Shown: positions 39,591 through 49,226, numbered from the stretch's first letter. The stretch is 64,000 nucleotides of DNA from Pararhodonellum marinum (GCF_015354735.1 NZ_JACEFJ010000019.1:17093-81092); one strand, 5' to 3'. Program-made: numbers and translations. The notes: generated from the letters alone by a model not told the origin.

Positions 39591-42500
39591 TTAATCCTTT
39601 GTTTTTTTAGGATTGGTGAGGGCTTTTTTGATGCCCTCTAAACCCTCTACAAATAGTGACATCTGACCGATGACTTGAGACATCCTGTCCTGATCACCTA
39701 ATCCCCTGATCCGGTTGTTGCGAACGAAGGCCTCTTTGATGGCTTCCCATCGTTTTTGCATGGAAGGATCCAATCTTCCCATCATTTCCGCCAATTTCAA
39801 CAGGTTGGATTCTGCGTCTGAAGTCAGGGTTTGAGACTCATTTTGATAATGGTCCAAAACCAACTGTATGACTTCTTCATCATTGAGGATAGGGACCAGC
39901 ATGCCCATCAATTTGTTCATGTCCCGATAGGAACCCTGCAGCTTAAAGGGAGGTTCAGTCCTGTAGTCATCAGACATGGCAGCAGAAGCAATGTATTGGG
40001 CGTTGACCATGAGAAGCACATCCCTGAGCATGATGGTCATTTGCAAAACTCGGATGCAGTCTTTTATCTCTTGAGCGGAAAGATTGCCTTCCAAATCAGG
40101 CAATTGAGTTTCACCGTTTTCAATGAATTGAATCAGTTTGTATAAATTTTCCATACCAAACTGCGCCATGGATTTCAGATTTTGATTTGAGGTCAATCCA
40201 TTTTCGATCAAACTCAGCTCAAATAACTCTTTCCTATTGGAGGCGGTATCACCCAAGTTGTAAATATCGGCACGGTTGGACAACATGTCCGGGATTTGGA
40301 ATTTGTCCCCGCTTTCTGTGTAGGGATTTCCTGCCATGACTACGCAGAACCGCTTTCCTCTGAAATCATAGGTCTTGGATTGTCCGTTGAATACCCCTTC
40401 GATCTTGCGCTGACCGTCAGCCAGAGAGATGAATTTCTGCAAAAACTCGGGATTGCAATGCTGTATGTCATCCAGATAAAGCATCACATTGTCACTCATC
40501 TCAAAGGCCAGATTTAGTTTTTGTAATTCCTGACGTGTGGCGGCATTTCTTGCTTCTGAAGGATCCACAGAGGTAATTTCATGCCCTATGGAAGGTCCGT
40601 TGATTTTCATAAAGATCAGCCCCAGCCGGTCGGCCACGTATTCCATCAAGGTTGTTTTCCCATACCCGGGGGGAGAAATCAGCAATAGCATTCCTGAACG
40701 ATCTGTGCGCTTATCCAGTCCATAAGCACCAAGCTGCTTGGCGAAGTTGGCCCCGATCATGTTGAAATAGACCTGATTGATCAGTTTGTTCCTCACAAAC
40801 GAAGTCAAGACTTGCGTTTGGAATTCATGCAACCTTAAAGATTGTTTTTTCTCTTCGATTAACTGATGTTTGATTTCTTGAAGTTTCAAAAAGCGAGGCC
40901 TGGCATGTGTTGTAAATTGGTTTAATCTCTTGACAAAGTCATGGTAGTCAAAAAGGTAAACATTAGATTCCTCTTGGCCTATGGGAGCCTTGAGATTTTC
41001 AACTTCGGTCAATCCATTGACAAATAAGACGTTAGGTTGATTTGAACTATGGGTAATAAGCAAAACGGTTAACTCATCCAAAACTCCTTCTGAAACATTT
41101 TCACCATCATTTTCAGCAAAAGTTTCGACCCATTGTCTGCAGAGATGCCATACCTCAGCAGGGTAGGAGGTAATTTCATCCTGGGCATCTTGAAAGGTCA
41201 GGTCTGCATTTTTCGATTTCAGCGATTTTTTAAACGCCTCATGGAGTTCAAAAGCTGATTTTTCACAGACAAAGCCATCAGTGACCTGTTCTTCTGACAA
41301 ATACAAAGCGGATTGAAAGGGGTCGCTTTGTTCAAATAATTTATACTTTTTGGAAAAGCTTTCAATTTTCTCACCCAATAATTTGATGAGATGCTTTTGT
41401 TCTTTGGTTTGGGGAAAAGCTTGTTTGAGCAGGTTGAGAAAAACAAATTGCTTTTTAAAGAACATCTTTTCCTCCGGATCACAGAAATGCCAAAACAATT
41501 GGGCCAAAACCCTTGTCTGAGCGGCAAAACGAAGCAATCCCAAGTCTCTGTCTTTTTCAAGCAATATTTTCAAAAGGACTAAGGCATCATGGTCGTGGAC
41601 ACCTTTGACATATCCTTCTCCGTAATGGCTGGCGATATGACGGTCAATGTGGTTTTTGATCAACGCATCTGTGAGGGCTTGCCGCTTATCCAATGACTCA
41701 AAAATTTTCCATGCCAAATACTCTGAACGGTGCACCTCTTTGTTTTCAGAAGGCAATTCCTGATTCCATACATCCTGAAGTTGGTTGAGTTCCTCTTTAT
41801 TTACAGCTTCATAATAGGATGTGCCGGTCAGGTGATAATGATATTTCCTGTCTCTGACTACCAGTGTCAGATCGAGCTTCTGATTGTTTACAGCAAATCT
41901 AAAATCCCCCAATTTGATGACGTTTTTGCCATCTTCAAACAGCTCATTTTTGTCTTTCAGAGCTCTAATGGCTTCCTGCTGAAGTACCTGAATCTGATTG
42001 AGCAAATCTTCGGACTTGGCTGAATCATCCAGTTTCTGAAGCTGTTTGGCTACATCCCTGACTTTATCCACCATCAGGTCTGCAGCAAAATATCCGTTGA
42101 TTTCTACTTCGGTGGTAAAACTGGCAGCCCTTGATTTGATCCCATTTAGTATACGTTCCGCTGATGCGAAAAGGGAGTTTGTCCTTCGGTTTCTGGCTTC
42201 TGTAAGATTCACCTTTTTGGATTCGAAGGCAGCATAGATGGCTTCCCTCTTTTCTCCGATTTTTTCCACAAACTCGTCAAAATCAGCAAACTTACCCTCT
42301 AGTTCCTCCAGATGTATGGATAATTTGGTCAGGTATTCGTCACATTTGGCAGGTTCGTTAGCCAAGTCAAGATAATTGACGATGGATTGTTCAAACAAGG
42401 TCATCTGAGCTTGAAAATCAGCCCTCGCCTCCTTCTGACCCAATTGTCTTCTTTGGGTGTTGAGGTTGACTCTTTCTTGATTGAGCTGGGCAAAAATCAA

Positions 42501-44471
42501 GGATATGTTTTCTATGATCTGCGTAGAATGAGCCGTATCCTCTACTTTGAGGTTATTGACAATGTCAATCAACATTTCCAGTTGACGGGAAAGGTTGTCA
42601 AACTCCTGTTCCAAAGCCCTGGCATCGATTACTTTGGTAAGCTTCTGTACTGATGCTTTCAAGGTATCCATGCTGGATTGATAGAAATCCAAGGCATCAT
42701 CCTGAAGCAAAAACTGTACACAGGCTTCAGCAAGCTCATCTGCCCGCTCGGCAACTTTTTTTTCCAACTCCTCAACCAAATCTAAATCCACGTACCTAAG
42801 GTTTTTCAGCCCGATGATCTCTCCTCTGATGCTTCTCATTTGTGAAAGCAGGGAGACATACTGATCCAGGCTCTCAAAATTGGCCCTTCTTGTGTCAAAG
42901 ATAATTTTGTCTACTTTTTCTTTGACGGTTTGCAGCGATTTAGCTGTATTTTGTCTGATCTGTACGACTTTTTCAAATTCGTCGATGGCGGAAACAGCGA
43001 TTTCCTTGATCTGCGAAAGCGGCTGCTGCAGGCCAACAGCGCTTCCGTTTTTGAGCCAGAAGTAACCATCAAGAATGCTTTGGCTTCGCCTTTCGAGGTC
43101 TTCATAAAGACCGTTGTAACTGTCTTCCTTGTTGAGCAAAACCACCAGTTCCTGGATTTCCGCCATGGCTTTTACAATATCCCTGTTGCCAATCTTGTAC
43201 AACTCCTTGTCCTTGTAGGCTTCATTTGGGAGCAGTTCTTTGGCATAGGGTGTTTGCCATATCTGGATGAGGTGATGGGTTCCCGGTTCCTTTTCCGTAT
43301 TGAAATAGCAAAGTTCTCCATCAGCAAAAAGGGTATAGCCATTGCAAAATATGGGTGTTTTGACGGTTTGCTCGATTACATTGTAGGAGAGGATGACAAA
43401 GTCATGGTTTTTCTCTTCATAAAAAATAAAAAGGTAATCCTCGCCGTTGGGAGACTGCACCTTTCTAAGGAATTTGACCCCTTCAATTTTCCTGTCAAAC
43501 AGCTTGTATTCCCCGGTCTGTAAATAATATCCATTGGACAGGATGATTCCCTGATGATCCGGCAACAATATGCCTGCGTCCTTGAGGGTGTCTACGCGGA
43601 TGACGTTTTTTACCCTCGAATTAAAAATGAAATACCTGTCACTTTCCAGATAAGGGCGGATTTTTAGTAAAACCAGATTGCCTAGGTCACAAAAATGAAT
43701 TTCAGCATCATCGAGTGACTGGTCTTTCTGTTCGACTTCTTCCGAATAAATACCCAAACCATCATCCGTATTGTCCTCCACTTTAATGGTTAGATTACCA
43801 CTCACGGTTTCTACAAAAACCTTATCCACGATAGAGATATGGGGGTTTTTGCCAGCCCGCTGCATGTCACGGGTGGCCCTGGACCATTCAAATTCGTGCT
43901 GTAAGGGAAATTTGATTTCAGCAGCACTCCGGGAATCAATGTACTGCAATTTTTCATTTTGGATCAACCACTTGAAAGCCTTGATATCTGTAGGACTCTC
44001 AGACAATTGAAATACCATGTACAGGAAATTTCCCGAAACAAAAAAACGGGAAAATTGGGTGTTTCTGTAGAATTTGTAAAGGTTTTGAAGCTCTGCGGCA
44101 AAGGTTTGGTCTTTGATGATATCCAGAGGAAGCGGATGAAATTCATGGTTGTCAAATTTGTAGACATTGAAGACATCGTCCACTTCTAGGACCGTTTTAA
44201 GTCCTAACCGTACGTTATACCCGAATAGGCAGATTCTTCCCACCGAAACAATGTCCCTTGCCATGCAATTGTGCTGGGTCGTGATTCTGATGTTGGACAA
44301 CAATTTGAAATCCACCACCCCAAAAATCAACTGCCGGTCCTGATTAAGGATTTGAAGTTGCTCGATGAGTTCTTGGCGCTGCTGTTGGAGCCTGTTTTGA
44401 ATGATTTCGTAGGTACCTTTTTCTATATTCCTGTCCATATACGGTAAAATCCTAATTCGGTCGTAAGTCAA
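39591..44471 (-). CDS. Giant (1626 aa) coiled-coil-rich protein with C-terminal AAA+ (AAA_5/MoxR-dynein-like) ATPase module
   Basis: A single uninterrupted ORF. Walker A ISPPGYGKTT is encoded at ~40650-40690. Atypical Walker B VMLYLDDIQH. Sensor-like FCVVMAGNP. The N-terminal ~1150 aa are rich in heptad/coiled-coil segments. It is the last gene of the PspA/flotillin operon. Confidence 0.6.
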   Translation of the reverse strand: MTYDRIRILPYMDRNIEKGTYEIIQNRLQQQRQELIEQLQILNQDRQLIFGVVDFKLLSNIRITTQHNCMARDIVSVGRICLFGYNVRLGLKTVLEVDDVFNVYKFDNHEFHPLPLDIIKDQTFAAELQNLYKFYRNTQFSRFFVSGNFLYMVFQLSESPTDIKAFKWLIQNEKLQYIDSRSAAEIKFPLQHEFEWSRATRDMQRAGKNPHISIVDKVFVETVSGNLTIKVEDNTDDGLGIYSEEVEQKDQSLDDAEIHFCDLGNLVLLKIRPYLESDRYFIFNSRVKNVIRVDTLKDAGILLPDHQGIILSNGYYLQTGEYKLFDRKIEGVKFLRKVQSPNGEDYLFIFYEEKNHDFVILSYNVIEQTVKTPIFCNGYTLFADGELCYFNTEKEPGTHHLIQIWQTPYAKELLPNEAYKDKELYKIGNRDIVKAMAEIQELVVLLNKEDSYNGLYEDLERRSQSILDGYFWLKNGSAVGLQQPLSQIKEIAVSAIDEFEKVVQIRQNTAKSLQTVKEKVDKIIFDTRRANFESLDQYVSLLSQMRSIRGEIIGLKNLRYVDLDLVEELEKKVAERADELAEACVQFLLQDDALDFYQSSMDTLKASVQKLTKVIDARALEQEFDNLSRQLEMLIDIVNNLKVEDTAHSTQIIENISLIFAQLNQERVNLNTQRRQLGQKEARADFQAQMTLFEQSIVNYLDLANEPAKCDEYLTKLSIHLEELEGKFADFDEFVEKIGEKREAIYAAFESKKVNLTEARNRRTNSLFASAERILNGIKSRAASFTTEVEINGYFAADLMVDKVRDVAKQLQKLDDSAKSEDLLNQIQVLQQEAIRALKDKNELFEDGKNVIKLGDFRFAVNNQKLDLTLVVRDRKYHYHLTGTSYYEAVNKEELNQLQDVWNQELPSENKEVHRSEYLAWKIFESLDKRQALTDALIKNHIDRHIASHYGEGYVKGVHDHDALVLLKILLEKDRDLGLLRFAAQTRVLAQLFWHFCDPEEKMFFKKQFVFLNLLKQAFPQTKEQKHLIKLLGEKIESFSKKYKLFEQSDPFQSALYLSEEQVTDGFVCEKSAFELHEAFKKSLKSKNADLTFQDAQDEITSYPAEVWHLCRQWVETFAENDGENVSEGVLDELTVLLITHSSNQPNVLFVNGLTEVENLKAPIGQEESNVYLFDYHDFVKRLNQFTTHARPRFLKLQEIKHQLIEEKKQSLRLHEFQTQVLTSFVRNKLINQVYFNMIGANFAKQLGAYGLDKRTDRSGMLLLISPPGYGKTTLMEYVADRLGLIFMKINGPSIGHEITSVDPSEARNAATRQELQKLNLAFEMSDNVMLYLDDIQHCNPEFLQKFISLADGQRKIEGVFNGQSKTYDFRGKRFCVVMAGNPYTESGDKFQIPDMLSNRADIYNLGDTASNRKELFELSLIENGLTSNQNLKSMAQFGMENLYKLIQFIENGETQLPDLEGNLSAQEIKDCIRVLQMTIMLRDVLLMVNAQYIASAAMSDDYRTEPPFKLQGSYRDMNKLMGMLVPILNDEEVIQLVLDHYQNESQTLTSDAESNLLKLAEMMGRLDPSMQKRWEAIKEAFVRNNRIRGLGDQDRMSQVIGQMSLFVEGLEGIKKALTNPKKTKD

Positions 44472-44610
44472 AAATTGTCACCAATAAAATGCCCTTAAAG
44501 ATCATGCTTGGTTTCTGTGGATAATTGAGAGCCGCTGACCTTAGTGAAATTCAGGGCAGAAAACCGCAAATTATCCATACTAAAGTTTTTGAAGGATTAA
44601 AAGGAGGATC

Positions 44611-46638
44611 CTACATGATCCTCCTGTTTTCTACTCCCATCCCTTTGGCTAAATTCAGCATGTTGGTCAAAAAGCCCTTGTCCTGGTCAGAGGCTTTCAT
44701 TTGAATCTGAGCAATCAAAGCGGCAATGGATAGGTTTTTCAAATCCTCAGTCGTTATCCCATACTTATTGGCAATGTTGCGGATTTTTTCCACCAGATCA
44801 TTTGGGGTGTCGTCTTTGCCGTTTTCACCCAAAAAGGCATCTTTGAACTGGGCAACCGTATGGGAGTGTTCCACCATTTTGTCGATTCCTTTTCCGGTTG
44901 ATATTTGCTTGATCAGGTTGTCGAAGAAGGTGTTGTCTCCTCCCACAATATCAATTTTCGCGGTTTTAAATGCTTCTGCAAGCACTTTGGCCTGTGCATC
45001 TGCGATGTCCTTTTGGATACTGATTTGCGCCAATTCCACATCCTTCTCTTTTTGAAGCTTTAGCCTGAATTCTTCGTGTTCCTTACCGGCATCATTCAGT
45101 TGTTTCATGGCTCCGGCTTTTTCATTGATGCCTTTGGCTTCTGCGATGGCTTTTTCTTGGATCACCTCAGCTTCTGCCAAACCTTCTTTACGTTTCGCTT
45201 CCGCTATCTTCTCAATGACTATGGCATCTACCATTCCCTGTCTTTCCAAGGCATCGGCCTTGGCATGCATCACCTGAGCCTCTGACATACCGAGCGTGGC
45301 TTCCTCCTTGGCTTTTGCTTCTGCGATGATTTTTCGGGCATCAGCCTCTTTGTCTGCAGCATCTTTTTTCGCATTGGCCTCAATGATGATTTTGGCAGCT
45401 TCATGTTTGGCTGATTTCTCTTTTGATTCAGCAGCTTTTACTTCTTCAATCAGGTTTTTCTCAGCTTCTTTGGAAGCAATAATCAATGCAACATCTTTTT
45501 GCCTGTTCGCTTCTTTAAGGGCTTCAACATCCTTGATTTTCTCTTGCTCTTCTACCACGGTTTTTTCCATGGCTACCCTTTCTCTTATGGCATCCTGAAT
45601 GTTTTTCTTTTCGATTTCAACTGCTTTTTCTTTTTCGATCTGAGCCAAAGCTACCACTCTTTCTCTTTCAGTTGCTTCGATATCCCGGTCTTTTTTGACC
45701 CTTTCGGTTTCTACTGCCTCGGCCCGTTCTTTGTTCTTTGCCGCAATGATGACTTGCCGCTGTTTGTTTTCTTCCTGGATTTCCAGTTGTTCCTCAGTCC
45801 TGATTCGGACTTCTTCTGACTTGAGTTTTTCCTGAACCGTCACCTTATCGATTTCAGCTTGTTCACGTGCTTTTATGGTCTCAATTTCACGTCTCTGGGA
45901 CTCTTCTTTTTCTTTCAGCTGTTTTTCAAGTTCCAGAATGGCTTCTCTTGCTTCCACATCTTGCTTTTTGATGATTTTTTCCTCGTCTCTGCGGATGAGA
46001 TTTGCTTTGATGTTTTGCGCTGCGGTCAGTTCTGTGATTTTCTTGATACCTTCTGCATCCAGGATATTATCCGAATCCAGGTTCTCGATTTTGGTTTGTT
46101 CCAGGTAATCAATGGCACAATCATCCAGAACATAGCCGTTGAGATCGGTTCCGATGATATCGATGATTTCATCGCGAAATTCCCTTCTTGCTTCATAGAG
46201 TTCTATGAACTCGAATTTTTTACCCACACTTTTCAGTGCTTCAGAAAATTTGGCTTCAAACAGGCTTTCCAAGGTTTCATGGTCAGAAGCCCTGGCACAG
46301 CCTATGGTCTGGGCTACATTGATGATGTCCTGCACGGATTTGTTGACCCTTACAAAAAAGGCCACTTTGATGTCAGCCCTCATGTTGTCTTTACAGATCA
46401 ACCCATCTTTGGTCATCCTTGAAATCTCCAGTTTTTTGACGGAAATATCCATGATTTCTTCTTTATGGAGTATGGGAATTACCATTCCGGCATTGAAGAA
46501 TATCCTTACACCACCCTGACCCGTTCGCACCAACACCCGGCCCTGGCTTACTTTTTTGTACATTGAAATGAGCCACATGAATAGCCCCAATAGCACGATT
46601 ATACTGACTCCTGCTATCACATAAAAAGATTCCATCAT
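44611..46638 (-). CDS. Flotillin family (SPFH/band-7) protein, YqiK-like
   Basis: N-terminal TM, then the SPFH region (YKKVSQGRVLVRTGQGG...). The ~400-aa C-terminal half is a long EA/KE-rich coiled coil, typical of bacterial flotillins. Confidence 0.8.
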   Translation of the reverse strand: MMESFYVIAGVSIIVLLGLFMWLISMYKKVSQGRVLVRTGQGGVRIFFNAGMVIPILHKEEIMDISVKKLEISRMTKDGLICKDNMRADIKVAFFVRVNKSVQDIINVAQTIGCARASDHETLESLFEAKFSEALKSVGKKFEFIELYEARREFRDEIIDIIGTDLNGYVLDDCAIDYLEQTKIENLDSDNILDAEGIKKITELTAAQNIKANLIRRDEEKIIKKQDVEAREAILELEKQLKEKEESQRREIETIKAREQAEIDKVTVQEKLKSEEVRIRTEEQLEIQEENKQRQVIIAAKNKERAEAVETERVKKDRDIEATERERVVALAQIEKEKAVEIEKKNIQDAIRERVAMEKTVVEEQEKIKDVEALKEANRQKDVALIIASKEAEKNLIEEVKAAESKEKSAKHEAAKIIIEANAKKDAADKEADARKIIAEAKAKEEATLGMSEAQVMHAKADALERQGMVDAIVIEKIAEAKRKEGLAEAEVIQEKAIAEAKGINEKAGAMKQLNDAGKEHEEFRLKLQKEKDVELAQISIQKDIADAQAKVLAEAFKTAKIDIVGGDNTFFDNLIKQISTGKGIDKMVEHSHTVAQFKDAFLGENGKDDTPNDLVEKIRNIANKYGITTEDLKNLSIAALIAQIQMKASDQDKGFLTNMLNLAKGMGVENRRIM

Positions 46639-46650
46639 AGTCTAATTGAT

Positions 46651-47277
46651 TTAAAGTTGATATTTTTGAGCTAAGAAATATTTTTTGTCGGAAGACTCCT
46701 CCAAAATGATGACTGTATCATTGAACAGGATAAAATCCCCATCGATGGATTTGGCATAAATCCTTATCACATCATTTTCAATGCTGATTTCTACCTGTCC
46801 GATTTTCTCCTTTCCCATAGGAGAGATTACTTTACCGGTTTTTCCAATAAAATCAATGGCTTCCTCCCCCTTGTGGTTGAAGTGCCCATAAAGCTTTACA
46901 AATGGCCTTGCTACTACCTTGGTAATCAACATGCTGATGACTAATCCGGGGACATAGACAAGAAATCCAAGCAGGCTATCTGAGATTCCCAACAGGGCGG
47001 TGACATTGACGTTGATCAACCACATGCAGAAAATCACAATGGAAAGGATGAACATGATCGGCAACTCACCTATGTAGAGGAATTCCAATACAGCGGACCA
47101 AAATCCCTGGCCATCTGCACTCCCCACTTCTGGATTGTTGATGTCCGCATCTGCCTCAGCCAAATCCAAATCAAAACCAGTAAAGATGATCACCAACCAA
47201 TAAATTAGGATGATGATGGCCAATAGGGTTAGGATGAAGTTGGCAGGGGCAAAAGATATCTCGATGAGTCTTTCCAT
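46651..47277 (-). CDS. NfeD-like membrane protein (YqiJ family) with C-terminal OB-fold
   Basis: An N-terminal multi-TM region plus a C-terminal soluble beta-rich segment (GKTGKVISPMGKEKIGQVEISIENDVIRIYAKSI). It sits 12 nt upstream of the flotillin gene, as in yqiJ-yqiK and NfeD-flotillin pairs. Confidence 0.55.
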   Translation of the reverse strand: MERLIEISFAPANFILTLLAIIILIYWLVIIFTGFDLDLAEADADINNPEVGSADGQGFWSAVLEFLYIGELPIMFILSIVIFCMWLINVNVTALLGISDSLLGFLVYVPGLVISMLITKVVARPFVKLYGHFNHKGEEAIDFIGKTGKVISPMGKEKIGQVEISIENDVIRIYAKSIDGDFILFNDTVIILEESSDKKYFLAQKYQL

Positions 47278-47348
47278 AACTTTTTATGCTAACATTACCT
47301 GTTTCATTTAATTGACAAGAGATTGATTAGAAAGGGGAGAGGCAGGAT

Positions 47349-48041
47349 TTAAAGGCCCATGTCCTTTTTCATCTGTGCCAATTCATCCTCCACCGATAAG
47401 TCCTCCAAGGCTTTCTTGAGCTTTTCCTCATGGGTGATGCTACTTTGGGCCATTTCCCCATAAGCTTGAGCCAATGCTTCATCCTGAGCCACCTTGTTTT
47501 TCATTCTTTCAAGCATAGATACTACACTTGTGCTGTCCATATTGGTCATCTGCTTGTTGATTTTTTGGGTTGCACTGCTGACTTTGATTCTTGCCCTCAA
47601 AGTGCCCAATTCATTTTCCCATTGGTGGATGCCGGCTTTGATCCGGTTCACATTTTGTTCCAGTGTGGCCACCTGCTTTTCAAGATTGCTCACTTCCTCT
47701 TTGATGAGCACGATCTCTTGGCTGATGCTGGCCTTTCTTCTTAGGTTTTCTTTGACCAAAGTGTCCGCTTCAGCACTGTCGATTTCACCTTGTTGGGCTT
47801 TTTTCAACAAGATCACAGATTTATTCTGTAGGTCTGTCTCGGTATTGAGGTGCTCATTGAGGTCTTTTGTCCTGCGAATGTGCATGGCTTTCACCTCAGC
47901 CAAAGCCTTCACAGCTTTGTCTTTGTTTTCGTTCATGTCCCGAAGCCCCTGCTCAATCATTTTGATAGGGTCTTCTAGTTTGTCAATGGCAGAATTGGTT
48001 TCCGCTTGTCCTATTTTGAATAATCTTCTTAAAACGTTCAT
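47349..48041 (-). CDS. PspA/IM30 family protein (Vipp1/ESCRT-III-like; YjfJ-like)
   Basis: The N-terminal ...AIDKLEDPIKMIEQGLRDM... is the PspA signature. The protein is all-helical with coiled coils and is 230 aa. Confidence 0.85.
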   Translation of the reverse strand: MNVLRRLFKIGQAETNSAIDKLEDPIKMIEQGLRDMNENKDKAVKALAEVKAMHIRRTKDLNEHLNTETDLQNKSVILLKKAQQGEIDSAEADTLVKENLRRKASISQEIVLIKEEVSNLEKQVATLEQNVNRIKAGIHQWENELGTLRARIKVSSATQKINKQMTNMDSTSVVSMLERMKNKVAQDEALAQAYGEMAQSSITHEEKLKKALEDLSVEDELAQMKKDMGL

Positions 48042-48053
48042 GTTTGTACCGGT

Positions 48054-48443
48054 TTATTTTGAAAATGACAATATTTCGTTTGAATATTCAGAGAGCAATA
48101 GGCCCAGAGAATTGATGGTGCTCTCCAATTCTTTGAGGTCCAAGGTCTCCGCTTGCAATGTATTTCTGAAAATAACCTTTCGGCCGGTTTCATCCAATAC
48201 AAATGCCCCATGCACAATGTCCCTGTTCTTGATCAGCAACTGCTTGTAGATGTTGGCTTCATCTTTCAGATCAAACAGGTACTGCTCAATGATTACTATG
48301 GGGGTGGCTACCCCGATCACCATGTTCTTGACCCCGATATCCTCGTTCTCGATGACCAATAAATTATCGGCCTCGTTTTCATATTGAATTACCGACCCAA
48401 GTTCCAAAGCAAATTCCTTTACGACTTTAAAATATTTATCCAT
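48054..48443 (-). CDS. YbjN/DUF2170-like (YjfI-like) small cytoplasmic protein
   Basis: 129 aa, acidic, with no TM. Its position as the first gene, 12 nt upstream of the PspA homolog, mirrors E. coli yjfI-yjfJ. The assignment is from context and size, not a motif. Confidence 0.4.
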   Translation of the reverse strand: MDKYFKVVKEFALELGSVIQYENEADNLLVIENEDIGVKNMVIGVATPIVIIEQYLFDLKDEANIYKQLLIKNRDIVHGAFVLDETGRKVIFRNTLQAETLDLKELESTINSLGLLLSEYSNEILSFSK

Positions 48444-48525
48444 AATTGACTTTTTAAAGTGTTTTTTTAAAAATGAACTATATTTAGATGGACTGTTTCA
48501 CAATATTAAATATTTTTTTTAGTTA

Positions 48526-48565
48526 TGCAAATAATATTAGCTATTTTTTGCTAATTTTATTTGCA
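48526..48565. promoter_or_regulatory. Imperfect 16-bp inverted repeat (candidate operator) in the divergent promoter region
   Basis: TGCAAATAATATTAGC-N8-GCTAATTTTATTTGCA, with 15 of 16 positions complementary. It lies 26-65 bp upstream of the XRE regulator ATG and ~80-120 bp upstream of the operon's first gene. Confidence 0.45.
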
Positions 48566-48590
48566 ATATTTATTACTTATCTTTACTGCC

Positions 48591-49226
48591 ATGTCAAAAT
48601 ACGGAAAGAACATCAAAAAAATCCGCAGTGTAAGAGGCCTTACCCAGGCCCAACTCGCTGAAATGCTAGAGGTCAGCAGGGGTGTCATCAGTTCTTATGA
48701 AGAGGGAAGAGCCGAACCAAAAATCGAAACCATTTTAAAAACGGCTGAAGTTTTCCACCTCTCTACAGACATCCTACTTTCCAGCAATGTGACCGTCAAT
48801 CAGTTGAGTGGATTTAATCTTCCTGATTTGTTAGGTAATCAGGAAGAAAAGTCTGTAAAACTTGAGGAACTTAAACTATCCTCTCATTTATTTCCTGAAA
48901 ACATTTGTTTGTTTCCGAGTTATCAAATAAAAGCAAATCACTACCTTCAAGCAAATGACATCGTATTTGCCCTGCCTGCACAGCCTGTAAAGGAAAAACT
49001 GGTAGTAATGAAATTGGCTAGTGGATATGTGATTGGGAAAATAAAGGCTATCAAAGAAAAGCATATTACCTTGGATGATGAACAATATTCCAATGAGGAA
49101 ATTTCCGATGTTTATGAAATCACCGGATTTTATAGTCCTTATTCGGATAAATCATCCTTGGAAAATAAATTGCAAGAGCTTGAAAAAAGGATAATAGAAT
49201 TAGAACGACGGACAGAAAGCCAATAA
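48591..49226 (+). CDS. XRE-family HTH transcriptional regulator with C-terminal coiled coil
   Basis: The N-terminal IRSVRGLTQAQLAEMLEVSRGVISSYEEGRAEP is a Cro/C1-type HTH. The C-terminus has LENKLQELEKRIIELERR. Start taken at the ATG at 48591; the track starts at a TTG at 48561. Confidence 0.7.
   Translation: MSKYGKNIKKIRSVRGLTQAQLAEMLEVSRGVISSYEEGRAEPKIETILKTAEVFHLSTDILLSSNVTVNQLSGFNLPDLLGNQEEKSVKLEELKLSSHLFPENICLFPSYQIKANHYLQANDIVFALPAQPVKEKLVVMKLASGYVIGKIKAIKEKHITLDDEQYSNEEISDVYEITGFYSPYSDKSSLENKLQELEKRIIELERRTESQ

Noticed and set aside
40296-43523. Antisense ORFs inside the giant AAA+ gene (for example 42930-43523 +, 197 aa)
   Set aside because: No motifs. They are fully nested in a 4.9-kb ORF whose AAA+ motifs support the minus-strand frame.
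45859-48249. Long antisense ORFs opposite the flotillin and PspA genes (45859-46422 +, 45296-45598 +, 47494-48249 +)
   Set aside because: These are shadow ORFs created by the repetitive GAA/GCA codon usage of the coiled-coil genes. Their products are F/S/L-rich, and the sense-strand homology to flotillin/PspA is decisive.
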